Shown: positions 29,186 to 39,159, counted from the first letter of the stretch. The stretch: 64,000 nt of DNA from Methanobacteriota archaeon (GCA_002689345.1 NZFU01000022.1:7687-71686); one strand, 5' to 3'. Program-made: numbers and translations. The notes: a model not told the origin generated them from the sequence alone.

Positions 29186-29245
29186 TCATATTTTCAAATA
29201 TACCCCCGTAGGGGGTGTGACAAATACAGCGCATATTCAAATACC
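29186..29245. promoter_or_regulatory. Divergent promoter region: two copies of a CATATT(TT)CAAATA(T)ACC TATA-like box flanking a 6-bp GC hairpin
   Basis: catattttcaaatatacc (29186-29203) and catattcaaatacc (29232-29245) flank ACCCCC-GTA-GGGGGT (29202-29216). The right-hand box centre is ~28 nt upstream of the 29266 ATG, implying a leaderless or near-leaderless mRNA. Confidence 0.4.
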
Positions 29246-29265
29246 ATGTATAACGAGGCGAAGAC

Positions 29266-32200
29266 ATGAAGACCGTACGTGCTACTGCTTTCTCTATTGT
29301 TGCCTTAATGCTAATTAGCATACTTGCATCATTTGGAGGACTTGTTGCTGAAAATGAAAATATTAACTCTCAACTTGCTGATGAACCAGTTGAAATGGAG
29401 GCTACAAGCCCTGGTCACCCTGTTTTCGCAGAATATATGGGCGCACATTGGTGTGGACCCTGTATTACAGCTACAAATAATTTGAAAAATTTGTACAGCA
29501 CTAATGGAGGAGGAGGAACTCAATCCGCAGATTTTACTTTCGTATCATTTTGGGAATCTCAAACATCTGGATGGCCAGCTGATTCCCCAATCAATCGCAG
29601 ATCCCACATCCAAAACGCTCCAGGATACACCGGCGGAATCCCAGTTACGGTCTTTGGCGATGCACCGTCCGGCACATACTACACGGTAGGTGGGCAATCG
29701 TACGACAGTTACTACCAAAATGGTGGAAACATGCATAACGCAAACGATTACGCATTATCTGTTACTCAATCCGAAAACGGGAATAACATGGATATCGAAA
29801 TCACTGCTGTATACAGTGGTTCTGGCTCAAAGAACGTATACCTCTACGCAGCAGTAACTGAAGAGAAAGGATACGAACCGTACACAGCAGGTAGTGGCTC
29901 AGACCACCCACCAAATTTGTGGAAAAAGTGGCTACTAAACAGCGGAAGCAACGGATTCGAGACATTCACATTAACATCAGGTACACCAGTGACCAAAACT
30001 TGGACAGTACCAACTTCAACCGCAAGAGCAGTAAGCGGAATAAGTTCAGCTGATAACTTCCTCACAGTTGCAGCATTATTGGATGGAGATCACTCCTCTC
30101 ATCGCAATGTAATCTCTGCAGCAGACTCTAACATGGCACCAACTATTGACGTGGGCGTTAAGACTTTCACAACAAATAATCCATCTGCACCTAATGGCGG
30201 TTACATTAACGGTGACTTCATTGATCTTGAAGCAACCATCGTCAACAATGGAGTGGACGCATATAGTGACGGTGGAAGTGTAAAATTCTTCTACAAGGCA
30301 AATAATCAGCCAGTTTATGTTGGCCAAACTCATTCCCTTGCAACCTTTGCAAATAATGGAGATACACAAATCTTCAATGGTCAAATCGACACAACAAATA
30401 TTCCGGAAAGTGCATACCAAACTACATTCGGAGTTGAGATTTCAAACCTAGTTGCAGATAAATCAAGTAACAACAATGATGCTACTGAAATTATTCCTCA
30501 TGACTTGGAACCTGTTGCACGTAAGGCTCAAGTGATTGGAAGTAACGAAATTGAAAGAGGAGACGACTTCCTGGTTGAAGCAAAAACTACTTTCAACGAT
30601 GGAGTAGACACTGACACCTCGTTCTTCACATTTGAGTTGAAAGTAAAATCTGCTGATGAGACCGATTGGGATTTGTACCCCGGTATAGTCACAGGAGGGG
30701 ATGAAATATTCCAAGCAGGAACTGCAAATGAACACTGTCAGTTCTTGGTTAGTCCAGATATGGCAATGGGAGCAGGATATTATGACATCCAAGTACGTTC
30801 TATCGATTCCCGCTCACAAGAGAGTAATTGGCAAATTACCGAAAATGCTTTCGAATTAAAGAATGCACTTCCTATAATTAATTCTGAACCAGTACACAGC
30901 GTCAAAGTTGAGTCCGGAGATCAAAGTTCTTTAACAGTTGATGCCCAAGACCAAAGGGTCGACATCTCTGCTAATGTAATGGATGCTGAAACTGATTTGA
31001 AGGACCTTGTAATAACCAGCGACAGCCCTAATTTCATTGGGTGGCATAGTGAAACTGGTGAAATAGAAGTATACTTTGATACCATTCGATTCGTCAATGG
31101 CCAACCTGCAGCAAGTGGCATTGAAATTTCAGTCTTTGACGGAATAGATACTGCATTCGGTACCCTTCTTTTCAACGTGGTTGAAAACGGTCAACCTCGT
31201 TGGGCTGGTGTCGAAAAGCAATATGTAGACGAGGGCACTACTGCTTCTCTATTCTTGCTACCGTATCTTTCAGATACTGACGAAAATGGAAATGTAGTTT
31301 CTGCTGAAAATTTAAACATTGCAATCGTTGACAACACCAATGAGGAATTGTTGAATCTTACATTGAATGGTTTTACTTTGAATTTCGCTACCGCTGATGA
31401 TGATATCACTGGAGAAACAACTCTTAAGATTCGTGCAAGCGATGGACAAAGTGAATCTGACCAACTGATTACGATTGCAATCAATCCAATCAACGATGCC
31501 CCTAGACTGAATCTGTCTGAACTTGAGGGACTACGACTAAAGGTGGGAACTCAAAAGGTAATATTCCTAAATGAAATCTTGAGTGATGTTGATGGTGATG
31601 TCGATGATGTATATGTTACAGCTAGTAACCCAACTCCTGGAGCTGCTCGCATCAACATATTAGATAATACTCTGACCTTGTTGTGGGAAAATGAAGGGAT
31701 GCAGACTGTTACAATTCAGGTTGAAGACCGTTACGATTCAAACATCTATGTATTAGTTGTAGATGTCTACGATAGTATGCCATTACTAGTGGGTGATGGA
31801 CCAGATGCTGATTTGCGTGTCTCTGTGTCCAATGTTTACATTGGCGAGGTCCCGGAAGTTACAATGTTCTTGAATATGGATGATGTCACTGTTACTGACT
31901 TGACAACCACATGGAGATTGTGTAACGCAGAATATTGTTCACTACAAGAAATTCACGAGCATGATATCACTTCCAAGAGTGTTGGTTGGACCTTTGACCC
32001 AGTCAAGGGCCAAATCGATGATTCCGGTATGGCGCCATTCCATTACATTGAACTTGCAAAGGTAACCGCCATTGCATCCAATGGTGATAAATTCGAATTC
32101 AAGGATTCAATGAAGTGGACTGCAGATGAAATGCCACCAGGCCCTGATACAATGACTGATGAAGAAGTCGTTGAATTAGTCGCTGAACTTGATGCTGCAA

Positions 32201-32682
32201 TTGCAAAATTGAATACTGAAATTGAAGGATTAACTGAAGGCACTCCAGAATATGAAGAGGCAAAGGTTGAGCTTAATGAGTTAGAACAAGAGCGCAAAGA
32301 TGCTTGTGAATACACCACATGTATAACACAAAATTCTGGTTCTGGAGAAGATGTTGAAGAATCAACACTAGATCTAACAGTAATTTTAGCCGTAATTGGA
32401 GTGGTTATCATTGCACTATTAGCTGGATTAATGTTCATGCGCGGAGGCAATGGAGAAACATCTGAAGTGATGGTCAACTGGGCTAATGAATTACCTTCTA
32501 ATGATGTAGTTGCAAACTCGATGTATGGAGGAGCACAAGAGATCTTCCAGCAACCTGTTGCAGTACCTGCTACAGTGGTTCAACAAGTTCCTCCAGGAGC
32601 ACCACCTCTGCCAGCTGGCGGTCTACCTGCAGGCTGGACTATGGAGCAGTGGGCATATTACGGGCACCAGTACCAACAGTAA
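29266..32682 (+). CDS. Large surface protein with an N-terminal thioredoxin-fold-like WCGPC domain, Ig/cadherin-like repeats, a coiled coil, a TM anchor, and a Pro-rich WW-like cytoplasmic tail
   Basis: The signal peptide is MKTVRATAFSIVALMLISILASFGG. HWCGPC lies at 29446-29463. PINDAPRLNL and acidic repeat domains are cadherin-like. The coiled coil is EEVVELVAELDAAIAKLNTEIEGL. The TM is VILAVIGVVIIALLAGLMF. The tail ends ...PPGAPPLPAGGLPAGWTMEQWAYYGHQYQQ. Confidence 0.85.
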   Translation: MKTVRATAFSIVALMLISILASFGGLVAENENINSQLADEPVEMEATSPGHPVFAEYMGAHWCGPCITATNNLKNLYSTNGGGGTQSADFTFVSFWESQTSGWPADSPINRRSHIQNAPGYTGGIPVTVFGDAPSGTYYTVGGQSYDSYYQNGGNMHNANDYALSVTQSENGNNMDIEITAVYSGSGSKNVYLYAAVTEEKGYEPYTAGSGSDHPPNLWKKWLLNSGSNGFETFTLTSGTPVTKTWTVPTSTARAVSGISSADNFLTVAALLDGDHSSHRNVISAADSNMAPTIDVGVKTFTTNNPSAPNGGYINGDFIDLEATIVNNGVDAYSDGGSVKFFYKANNQPVYVGQTHSLATFANNGDTQIFNGQIDTTNIPESAYQTTFGVEISNLVADKSSNNNDATEIIPHDLEPVARKAQVIGSNEIERGDDFLVEAKTTFNDGVDTDTSFFTFELKVKSADETDWDLYPGIVTGGDEIFQAGTANEHCQFLVSPDMAMGAGYYDIQVRSIDSRSQESNWQITENAFELKNALPIINSEPVHSVKVESGDQSSLTVDAQDQRVDISANVMDAETDLKDLVITSDSPNFIGWHSETGEIEVYFDTIRFVNGQPAASGIEISVFDGIDTAFGTLLFNVVENGQPRWAGVEKQYVDEGTTASLFLLPYLSDTDENGNVVSAENLNIAIVDNTNEELLNLTLNGFTLNFATADDDITGETTLKIRASDGQSESDQLITIAINPINDAPRLNLSELEGLRLKVGTQKVIFLNEILSDVDGDVDDVYVTASNPTPGAARINILDNTLTLLWENEGMQTVTIQVEDRYDSNIYVLVVDVYDSMPLLVGDGPDADLRVSVSNVYIGEVPEVTMFLNMDDVTVTDLTTTWRLCNAEYCSLQEIHEHDITSKSVGWTFDPVKGQIDDSGMAPFHYIELAKVTAIASNGDKFEFKDSMKWTADEMPPGPDTMTDEEVVELVAELDAAIAKLNTEIEGLTEGTPEYEEAKVELNELEQERKDACEYTTCITQNSGSGEDVEESTLDLTVILAVIGVVIIALLAGLMFMRGGNGETSEVMVNWANELPSNDVVANSMYGGAQEIFQQPVAVPATVVQQVPPGAPPLPAGGLPAGWTMEQWAYYGHQYQQ

Positions 32683-32704
32683 TGAGTGACTAAACACTCA
32701 AATT

Positions 32705-34810
32705 ATGGTCTATGGTGTATGCCAAACGGCTAAAACGGACTGTGTTGGAGGACTAATTGTGAGCGGAGAAGAAATTGTTGACACACCTGACTCTGAGCAG
32801 CAGGATTCGACTCCAGAGATGGAAGAAGAAATGGTCACGATTTGGAGCCCAGAAGCTGCAGATAATATTGAAATCAATTCAACACCAATTGATGAGTGGG
32901 TTCGGGGTGTTGATTTCAAATCTACAGAAGATGTACCTATCCCTGAAAGATTAGTCGACCAAGTTATTGGGCAAGATGCAGGTTCAATTGTTATTCGTAA
33001 AGCTGCAGAACAACGCAGACACATGATGATGATTGGAGACCCAGGTACTGGTAAATCCATGCTCGCAAGGTCGATGACTGAGCTATTACCTCAAGATAAA
33101 CTCGAAGATATCCTTTGTTATCCGAATGAAGATGATGAAAATGAACCACGTGTTCGCACCGTACCAGCTGGTCGTGGCGACCGTATTGTTAAGAGCCAAA
33201 AAGAAGCGATCAAGATTCAGCGAGAAAAGAGTCAGAAGATGCTAATGATTGGTTTTGTAGCTGTGGCATTCTTGTTAGCGGTAGTTGCTATTCAAAGTGG
33301 CGATATTCTAACTCTACTGTTTGGAATGCTACTGCTGATGTTTGGATATATGTTCTTGCGTTCACGTATGGGAGGAGCTGATGAAGCCCGTATTCCGAAA
33401 GTACTTGTGAAACATCAAGGACAAGACTCCCCACCGTTTGTAGATGCTACTGGAACACTTTCTGGTAGCCTATTAGGTGATGTAAGACATGACCCCTTCC
33501 AAAGTGGTGGCATGGAAACTCCCGCCCATGATAGAGTTGAGCCTGGTGCTATTCACCGAGCCCATGGAGGTGTATTGTACATTGACGAGATCAATCTCCT
33601 AAGACTAGAGGAACAACAAGCACTCCTAACTGCAATGCAGGAGAGAGCATTCCCTATATCTGGACGTTCTGAGCGTTCAAGTGGTGCTCTAACTAAGACC
33701 GAAGCAGTACCTTGTGATTTCATATTGATTGCTGCAGGCAATCTAGATGCAATTCAGGGAATGCACCCTGCACTAAGAAGTCGTATCCGCGGATATGGAT
33801 ACGAAGTATATGTTAATTCACATATGCCTGACACAACCGCAAACCGAAGACGTCTAATCAGATTCATAGCACAAGAAGTTCGTAGAGATTTAGGAACTTC
33901 GAGAGAGATTCCCCACTTCGATAGATCTGGAGTCTCAGTCATTCTAAGAGAAGCACAACGTCGTGCTGGCCGTCGAGGTAAATTGTCGCTTAGATTACGT
34001 GAACTTGGTGGATTGGTTCGAATCGCAGGAGATTTAGCGTGTGAAGAAGGTGCAGAGTTGACTACCTCTCGCCACGTACTAGCTGCCAGAAATATTGCTA
34101 AACCACTTGAGCAGCAAGTTGCTGATAGAATGATCGAGCGCCGACTTGAATACTCCCTAATAGTGAATTCAGGGAATAGAATAGGTCGTGTCAATGGCCT
34201 AGCAGTACTTGGAGCAGATTCAGGACTTTCAGATTACAGTGGTATTATGTTACCAGTAGAAGCCCTTGTAACTCCATCTCTAGCGAGTGGTGGAAGGGTG
34301 TATGCTACTGGTGGACTTTCTGATTTGGCTAAAGAGAGCGTTACCAATGTAAGTGCGGTAATTAAGAAGTTGACAGGAAAGGATGTTTCTGATTATGACA
34401 TACATATCCAATTCGTCGATACTCATGGAGTCGATGGGGACTCTGCATCGATTACAATTGCTACCGCGATTATCTCTGCTTTAGAAAACATCCCAATTCG
34501 CCAAGATTTGGCTATGACGGGAAGCCTATCGGTCAGAGGAGAAGTTCTACCAATTGGCGGGGTTACTGCAAAGATCGAATCTGCAGCTAAAGCAGGAATC
34601 AAGACTGTCGTCATTCCACGTGCAAATGCACAAGATGTATTACTAGACCATCAATTCGAAGGAATAGAGGTTATTGCTGTTGATACACTCGATGAAGTAA
34701 TGGAACATGCATTGCTAATAGGCGACAAGAAAACTAGTTTGGTTGAACGATTATCTGCTGTTATCGATAGATTGACCCCAGAGGTATCACCAAGTAGTCA
34801 ACTTTCTTGA
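32705..34810 (+). CDS. lonB: Archaeal membrane-bound Lon protease (LonB)
   Basis: Walker A is GDPGTGKSM. Two TM helices are inserted in the AAA+ module ([19 protein letters not shown]...[15 protein letters not shown]). The protease domain carries the catalytic Ser context [17 protein letters not shown] and [14 protein letters not shown] (Lys). Confidence 0.9.
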   Translation: MVYGVCQTAKTDCVGGLIVSGEEIVDTPDSEQQDSTPEMEEEMVTIWSPEAADNIEINSTPIDEWVRGVDFKSTEDVPIPERLVDQVIGQDAGSIVIRKAAEQRRHMMMIGDPGTGKSMLARSMTELLPQDKLEDILCYPNEDDENEPRVRTVPAGRGDRIVKSQKEAIKIQREKSQKMLMIGFVAVAFLLAVVAIQSGDILTLLFGMLLLMFGYMFLRSRMGGADEARIPKVLVKHQGQDSPPFVDATGTLSGSLLGDVRHDPFQSGGMETPAHDRVEPGAIHRAHGGVLYIDEINLLRLEEQQALLTAMQERAFPISGRSERSSGALTKTEAVPCDFILIAAGNLDAIQGMHPALRSRIRGYGYEVYVNSHMPDTTANRRRLIRFIAQEVRRDLGTSREIPHFDRSGVSVILREAQRRAGRRGKLSLRLRELGGLVRIAGDLACEEGAELTTSRHVLAARNIAKPLEQQVADRMIERRLEYSLIVNSGNRIGRVNGLAVLGADSGLSDYSGIMLPVEALVTPSLASGGRVYATGGLSDLAKESVTNVSAVIKKLTGKDVSDYDIHIQFVDTHGVDGDSASITIATAIISALENIPIRQDLAMTGSLSVRGEVLPIGGVTAKIESAAKAGIKTVVIPRANAQDVLLDHQFEGIEVIAVDTLDEVMEHALLIGDKKTSLVERLSAVIDRLTPEVSPSSQLS

Positions 34811-34918
34811 TTCAGATTCATTTGAAGTCTTTTCAGCAGGTCTTGGGATTTCTCTAAAGACACATTTCATAAAAAAAACAGTGTATAACTCAAGTATTGG
34901 AAATGTTTGTCGCACAAT

Positions 34919-36337
34919 ATGGGAGAACATATTGAGCAAGGTGGGAATCATTCGTTTCATCGAAGAATTGCAACTATTTCTCATGCCGCAATCTTGCTAA
35001 CTATCTTGTGTTTGGCAATGATCCATCTTGAAAGTGTTCTCAAACCATTCTTCATTGCGCTTGGAATATATTTTGTCCTAAAGCCTGGTGCTGATTGGTT
35101 ATCCAAAAACCGTTTCCCGGTATTCTTGTCATACATTACTATGCTACTGCTATTCATTTTGATTATCACATCAGCAGCATTCTTTGCTTGGTCACAGGCT
35201 GAGAATTTAATTTCAGATGACGATAAGCAGGAAGAATACAATGACAAATTAGACAACAAGTGGAAGAAACTCAAGAATGTCCCGATCATTGGACCTGCGA
35301 TTAAAGAATCAGTCAAAGGTGATGGTGGCACACTAGGTGGTGATTTACAGAGTATAGGAATAGGCTCAGGCGGTTCTGCGACCGATCTCATCGCCTCAGT
35401 ACTGAGTCAAGTAGGTACAATGGTTACGACTAGTATAACCGTTCTATTCTTCCTAATATTCATTATTTTTGAGGCACATCTTCTGCCTGGCCGAATCGAA
35501 AGAGCATGGCCTGGAAGTGCAACTGAACGGGTAGATGTGATTAATTCCCAGATACAAGAAGGTATCAACACATACATCATTGTCAAAACCGGTTGTGGGA
35601 TTGGAAGTTCAATAATAGCGGCGGCAATAATGCTAATGTTTGATATCGATTTATGGTTCGTATGGGCTGTAATGACATTCATTCTGAATTATGTGCCATA
35701 CATTGGTTCACTAATTGCAACAATTCCGCCATTAATTCTAGGATTGATTGTATTGAAACCTGCTATGTTGATAATCATGACAATATTGTTACTTGTAAAT
35801 CAACAATTTTGGGGTAATTACATTGAAACAAAGTGGGCAGGACGTGCTTTGGATTTATCTCCAGTAGTTCTGTTACTGATTACTGCATTCTCATTCTGGC
35901 TTTGGGGAATTCTTGGGATGATTTTGGCAGTACCACTATTTGCAATTGTCAAGATTGTACTAGAGAACATCGAAGAAACAAGACCTATTGCTATACTTCT
36001 ATCCGAAAGAGCCCCTACACTACAAGAGGCATGGGAAGATGCACTAAAGGATGGAGTCCTTTCAGATGGCGAATCCCATAAATTATCTGAATTGCAAAAA
36101 ACCTTGGGGGTTTCGGATGCAGAGGTTTTACGAATTTCAGGGAAATCAGCCGCCATTACTATCCTGAAAAGAGGTCGTGCTAGACAGGATGAAATCGATA
36201 TCATCAATACAGTCCTAACAAATCGGTTGGGTTTGGATATATCTTTCGAAGTGGTTCCTGGTAAAATTTCAGCACCAATTAGAGATAAACTCTCCAAACT
36301 AATCGAATCATTAAATTCTGAATCGGAAGAAGAGTGA
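34919..36337 (+). CDS. AI-2E family transporter (PerM/UPF0118-like) with a ~110-aa soluble C-terminal extension
   Basis: A multi-TM core carries the family-typical segment LNYVPYIGSLIATIPPLILGL...NYIETKWAGRALDLSPVVLLL. The track start is TTG 34907, and the first ATG is at 34919. Confidence 0.75.
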   Translation: MGEHIEQGGNHSFHRRIATISHAAILLTILCLAMIHLESVLKPFFIALGIYFVLKPGADWLSKNRFPVFLSYITMLLLFILIITSAAFFAWSQAENLISDDDKQEEYNDKLDNKWKKLKNVPIIGPAIKESVKGDGGTLGGDLQSIGIGSGGSATDLIASVLSQVGTMVTTSITVLFFLIFIIFEAHLLPGRIERAWPGSATERVDVINSQIQEGINTYIIVKTGCGIGSSIIAAAIMLMFDIDLWFVWAVMTFILNYVPYIGSLIATIPPLILGLIVLKPAMLIIMTILLLVNQQFWGNYIETKWAGRALDLSPVVLLLITAFSFWLWGILGMILAVPLFAIVKIVLENIEETRPIAILLSERAPTLQEAWEDALKDGVLSDGESHKLSELQKTLGVSDAEVLRISGKSAAITILKRGRARQDEIDIINTVLTNRLGLDISFEVVPGKISAPIRDKLSKLIESLNSESEEE

Positions 36338-36616
36338 TCAGAGAGTTTCTCGGAGTAACTTTTCTAATTCGGTATTGATCATCAAAATCAGAGTTCCAAA
36401 CTCAGGTGGGATATTTGGGTCCTCATATAACTCCTCGAGTTTAGCTTGTGTAATCGCTATACGAATGTCCATTTCCTTTGATTTATTCAATAGCCATTGT
36501 TCACAAGCTTCCTTAGCACCCTTACGGATATTGCGTGGTACTTTAGGGTCATCAATCTGATTGATAACTGTGGCTATTTGGCCCAACTTTGTTTCGATGT
36601 CGGACATAGTAATCAA
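36338..36616 (-). CDS. UPF0147 family small archaeal protein
   Basis: DDPKVPRNIRKGAKEACEQWL...DPNIPPEFGTLILMINTELEKL matches the two conserved helical motifs I recall for UPF0147 (D..VPRN.R..A ... DPN.P...RT.IW). Confidence 0.7.
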   Translation of the reverse strand: MITMSDIETKLGQIATVINQIDDPKVPRNIRKGAKEACEQWLLNKSKEMDIRIAITQAKLEELYEDPNIPPEFGTLILMINTELEKLLRETL

Positions 36617-36686
36617 CTGTACAAAGACTCGTACAAAAGGTGCTCAAGAGTGTCGGCTTTAAGGTGATTGCCGCTATCCGTCCAAC

Positions 36687-37667
36687 ATGGATTCAGCAGA
36701 AGTCATCTCCTGGACTCGGTTAATTGTGCTTTTTGGAGCCCTTGGAATAGCAGCATGGCTCGACCATAAAGAGAGGAGAGTCCCGAATGATTTTTGGATT
36801 ACTTGGTCTAAACCTGCAATATTTCTTTGGACTCTAGATCTGCTAGTTTCCCAGGCTCAGTGGTATGTTTATGCAACTGCTGCAGGTATGGTAGCTTATG
36901 CCTCAATAGCAGTCATCGGACGTCCTACAATTAAGGATATTAGTTCAGGAAAACGCTTAGATATTGCAGTTAGCATATGGTACCTCATTGGAATAATAGG
37001 TGTTATTCAGGGTCTTGTATTACACTCTAATGAAAATTTACTTTCGGTCATATCAGGTGAAGCCAGCGAAGACTCAATATTGTGGTGGTCAACATTTGCA
37101 GTATTTATTCCAATATTCCTAGTAGACATGGCTTGGAGAATGCGTTTGATACATGGTGGTGCTGATTGTAAAGGCTTGATGTGGATATCAATCCTAGTGC
37201 CATCCTGGTCGAGTATTCCAATCCTATTCCCTGATTCGATGGAGTCTGCAACAATAGCAATGCCTCCCGCAATTGCGCTCCTAGTATGGGGGGGTCTGGC
37301 ATTCTTGGTTTTACCATTAGTTATGGTTGTCAAGAACTTGATGAATGGAAATACAACTTTGAAATTGATTTGGCATGCCGAAAAAATGGACATCGATAAT
37401 GTACTCAAAAGCCATGTTTGGTTATTATCTACAATTGCTGAAATGCCAAGCGGTGAAAAGAAAATACTTCACCGAACTAGAGCACCGAGAAAAACCCCAA
37501 CCGTTGAACAATTGACTGCACAAATCGATGTATTGAAGGAAAATGGGGTTGAAGAAGTATGGGTGACAAGAAAATACCCGTTACTAGTATTCTTATGGCC
37601 AGCAATAATTCCACTATTCTTGATAGGTGGACCAATGGCATACATCATGCCACTAATTGGGCTATGA
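36687..37667 (+). CDS. flaK: A24-family aspartic membrane peptidase, FlaK/PibD-like preflagellin (prepilin) peptidase
   Basis: The first catalytic Asp lies in AAWLDHKERRVPND and the second in the GxGD-like IHGGADCKGLMWI. The C-terminal region EEVWVTRKYPLLVFLWPAIIPLFLIGGP parallels the Methanococcus FlaK tail (EEIWVTPQIPLIIP...) as I recall it. Confidence 0.75.
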   Translation: MDSAEVISWTRLIVLFGALGIAAWLDHKERRVPNDFWITWSKPAIFLWTLDLLVSQAQWYVYATAAGMVAYASIAVIGRPTIKDISSGKRLDIAVSIWYLIGIIGVIQGLVLHSNENLLSVISGEASEDSILWWSTFAVFIPIFLVDMAWRMRLIHGGADCKGLMWISILVPSWSSIPILFPDSMESATIAMPPAIALLVWGGLAFLVLPLVMVVKNLMNGNTTLKLIWHAEKMDIDNVLKSHVWLLSTIAEMPSGEKKILHRTRAPRKTPTVEQLTAQIDVLKENGVEEVWVTRKYPLLVFLWPAIIPLFLIGGPMAYIMPLIGL

Positions 37668-37817
37668 TCAAATACCCTTGCGTTCGATATTCTTTGGGCG
37701 TAGACCCTTGTATCCACACTTGCGGCATGCCGCAGCACGGACTGCATTGCGTGCGTTACACTTCATGCAAATCTTTCTGTGAAGCAAACGTGCTTCTGCC
37801 TCAGGGAATCGAGCCAT
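37668..37817 (-). CDS. rpl40e: 50S ribosomal protein L40e
   Basis: [49 protein letters not shown] has the CxxC...CxxC zinc ribbon and near-canonical archaeal L40e sequence. The track ORF's 32-aa N-terminal extension is discarded. Confidence 0.9.
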   Translation of the reverse strand: MARFPEAEARLLHRKICMKCNARNAVRAAACRKCGYKGLRPKNIERKGI

Positions 37818-37905
37818 GATGCCGGCGACCAACTTCCGGTATTTAACCCAAACCCGTGTCGAAATTACCCACTGTTTGAAGCACCGAGGCCCCGTGGAGT
37901 CATTT

Positions 37906-38679
37906 GTGCGCATAATCAGGTTGCCTGGAATACATCATGATGCCAACGCAGTCATCTTCTCAGGAAGTGATTCTAATGTGTTAGTAGATGCAGGGACCAC
38001 ATGGTATCAGATGCTCCAAGTGGAGCGTATTGCTGGTCACATGGACAATAAGAAACTCAATAGAATTCTATTGACCAGCCGCCGATATCCATTCGCAGGT
38101 GCGGCAAAACACATTGCAGAATCTCATGGAGATATACCAATTCATGTTCATCCGGATGCGATATCTGTATTGGAGACCGGCGATTTTTATTCAACATGGG
38201 CGAACCGCTATGATTCGGATATGCCAAGTACCAAATGCGAACCTGTTGAACAAGGAGACGTTTTTGAGTTGGGAGATGGGTCACTGTTCAGTTTGTCATT
38301 ACCAGGCCATTGTACAGATGGCATGGGATACTATGAGAGAGACAGAGGAGTTTTGGTAACTGGTGCTGTATTGCCTAGAGCAGATACTCCATGCCGCTGG
38401 GATATGCCAGGAGGTAGTTTACCGGAACTAATTACATCTCTGAAAACGATTCATGACCTTTCTCCGAGTAGTATTGTTCCTGCCAGGGGACCTACTATCA
38501 AAGGTAGTGGGCGAATTGATGAAGTTCTAAATCAGCACCTCAATTTCTTGGAGGGCTGTCTCGAAAACGAGGGGGAAGTACCCCGAAGTTGGCCTAGGCC
38601 TGCTCGAACAGCCTACTTCTTGGTATCAGATCCGCCTTGGCCACTAATAGAGAAAGAAGTCTCAAGCAAGAGCGAGTGA
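37906..38679 (+). CDS. Metallo-beta-lactamase-fold protein with a degenerate HxHxDH motif. Start uncertain (37816-37906)
   Basis: NVLVDAGT and [12 protein letters not shown] are MBL-like. TSRRYPFAG occupies the position of HxHxDH. ATG 37816 overlaps the rpl40e start codon, and there are in-frame GTGs at 37894 and 37906. Confidence 0.55.
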   Translation: MRIIRLPGIHHDANAVIFSGSDSNVLVDAGTTWYQMLQVERIAGHMDNKKLNRILLTSRRYPFAGAAKHIAESHGDIPIHVHPDAISVLETGDFYSTWANRYDSDMPSTKCEPVEQGDVFELGDGSLFSLSLPGHCTDGMGYYERDRGVLVTGAVLPRADTPCRWDMPGGSLPELITSLKTIHDLSPSSIVPARGPTIKGSGRIDEVLNQHLNFLEGCLENEGEVPRSWPRPARTAYFLVSDPPWPLIEKEVSSKSE

Positions 38680-39159
38680 TTTTTGTCCCGTCCACGAGAC
38701 TACCTTTCTCTCCCATCCTTGCTGAATGTGAAGGTCTTGACCAATTATTCGTAGTGCAGACGCTGGCCCGTCTAATTCGAACAGATTCACTACACGATTT
38801 GGCACACTAGGCCCGACCATGAATACGGTTCCATTCTCACAGCCAACTAGTATACTTTCTCCACTAATCGAAGAAGCACATAGTGAACGTATTTTCGATT
38901 TACCTACTACGAACCTATCTATTACTTCCATTTTGGCAAGTGAAATCATATTTACTCCACCATATTCATCGCCTGCTACTATTCTTTCAACCATTCCACT
39001 AGGACCGATTAATCCTAACAAAACACTCGCTTGGGCTTCTATTCTAACTCTTCTTTGCCGACCGCCTTTCGGTTTCCAAACAATGGTTGCGTCGTCCATT
39101 GCGACTACGCATCCATCAGCTGTAACCATCGAGCGAATCACTGTTCTCAATTGTCTCAT
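38662..39159 (-). CDS. Hypothetical protein (beta-rich)
   Basis: The 189-aa track ORF starts at TTG 39231. ATG 39159 (MRQLRTVIRSM...) is the more plausible start. No motif recognised. Its 3' end overlaps the convergent MBL-fold gene by 18 nt. Confidence 0.4.
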   Translation of the reverse strand: MRQLRTVIRSMVTADGCVVAMDDATIVWKPKGGRQRRVRIEAQASVLLGLIGPSGMVERIVAGDEYGGVNMISLAKMEVIDRFVVGKSKIRSLCASSISGESILVGCENGTVFMVGPSVPNRVVNLFELDGPASALRIIGQDLHIQQGWERKVVSWTGQKSLALA

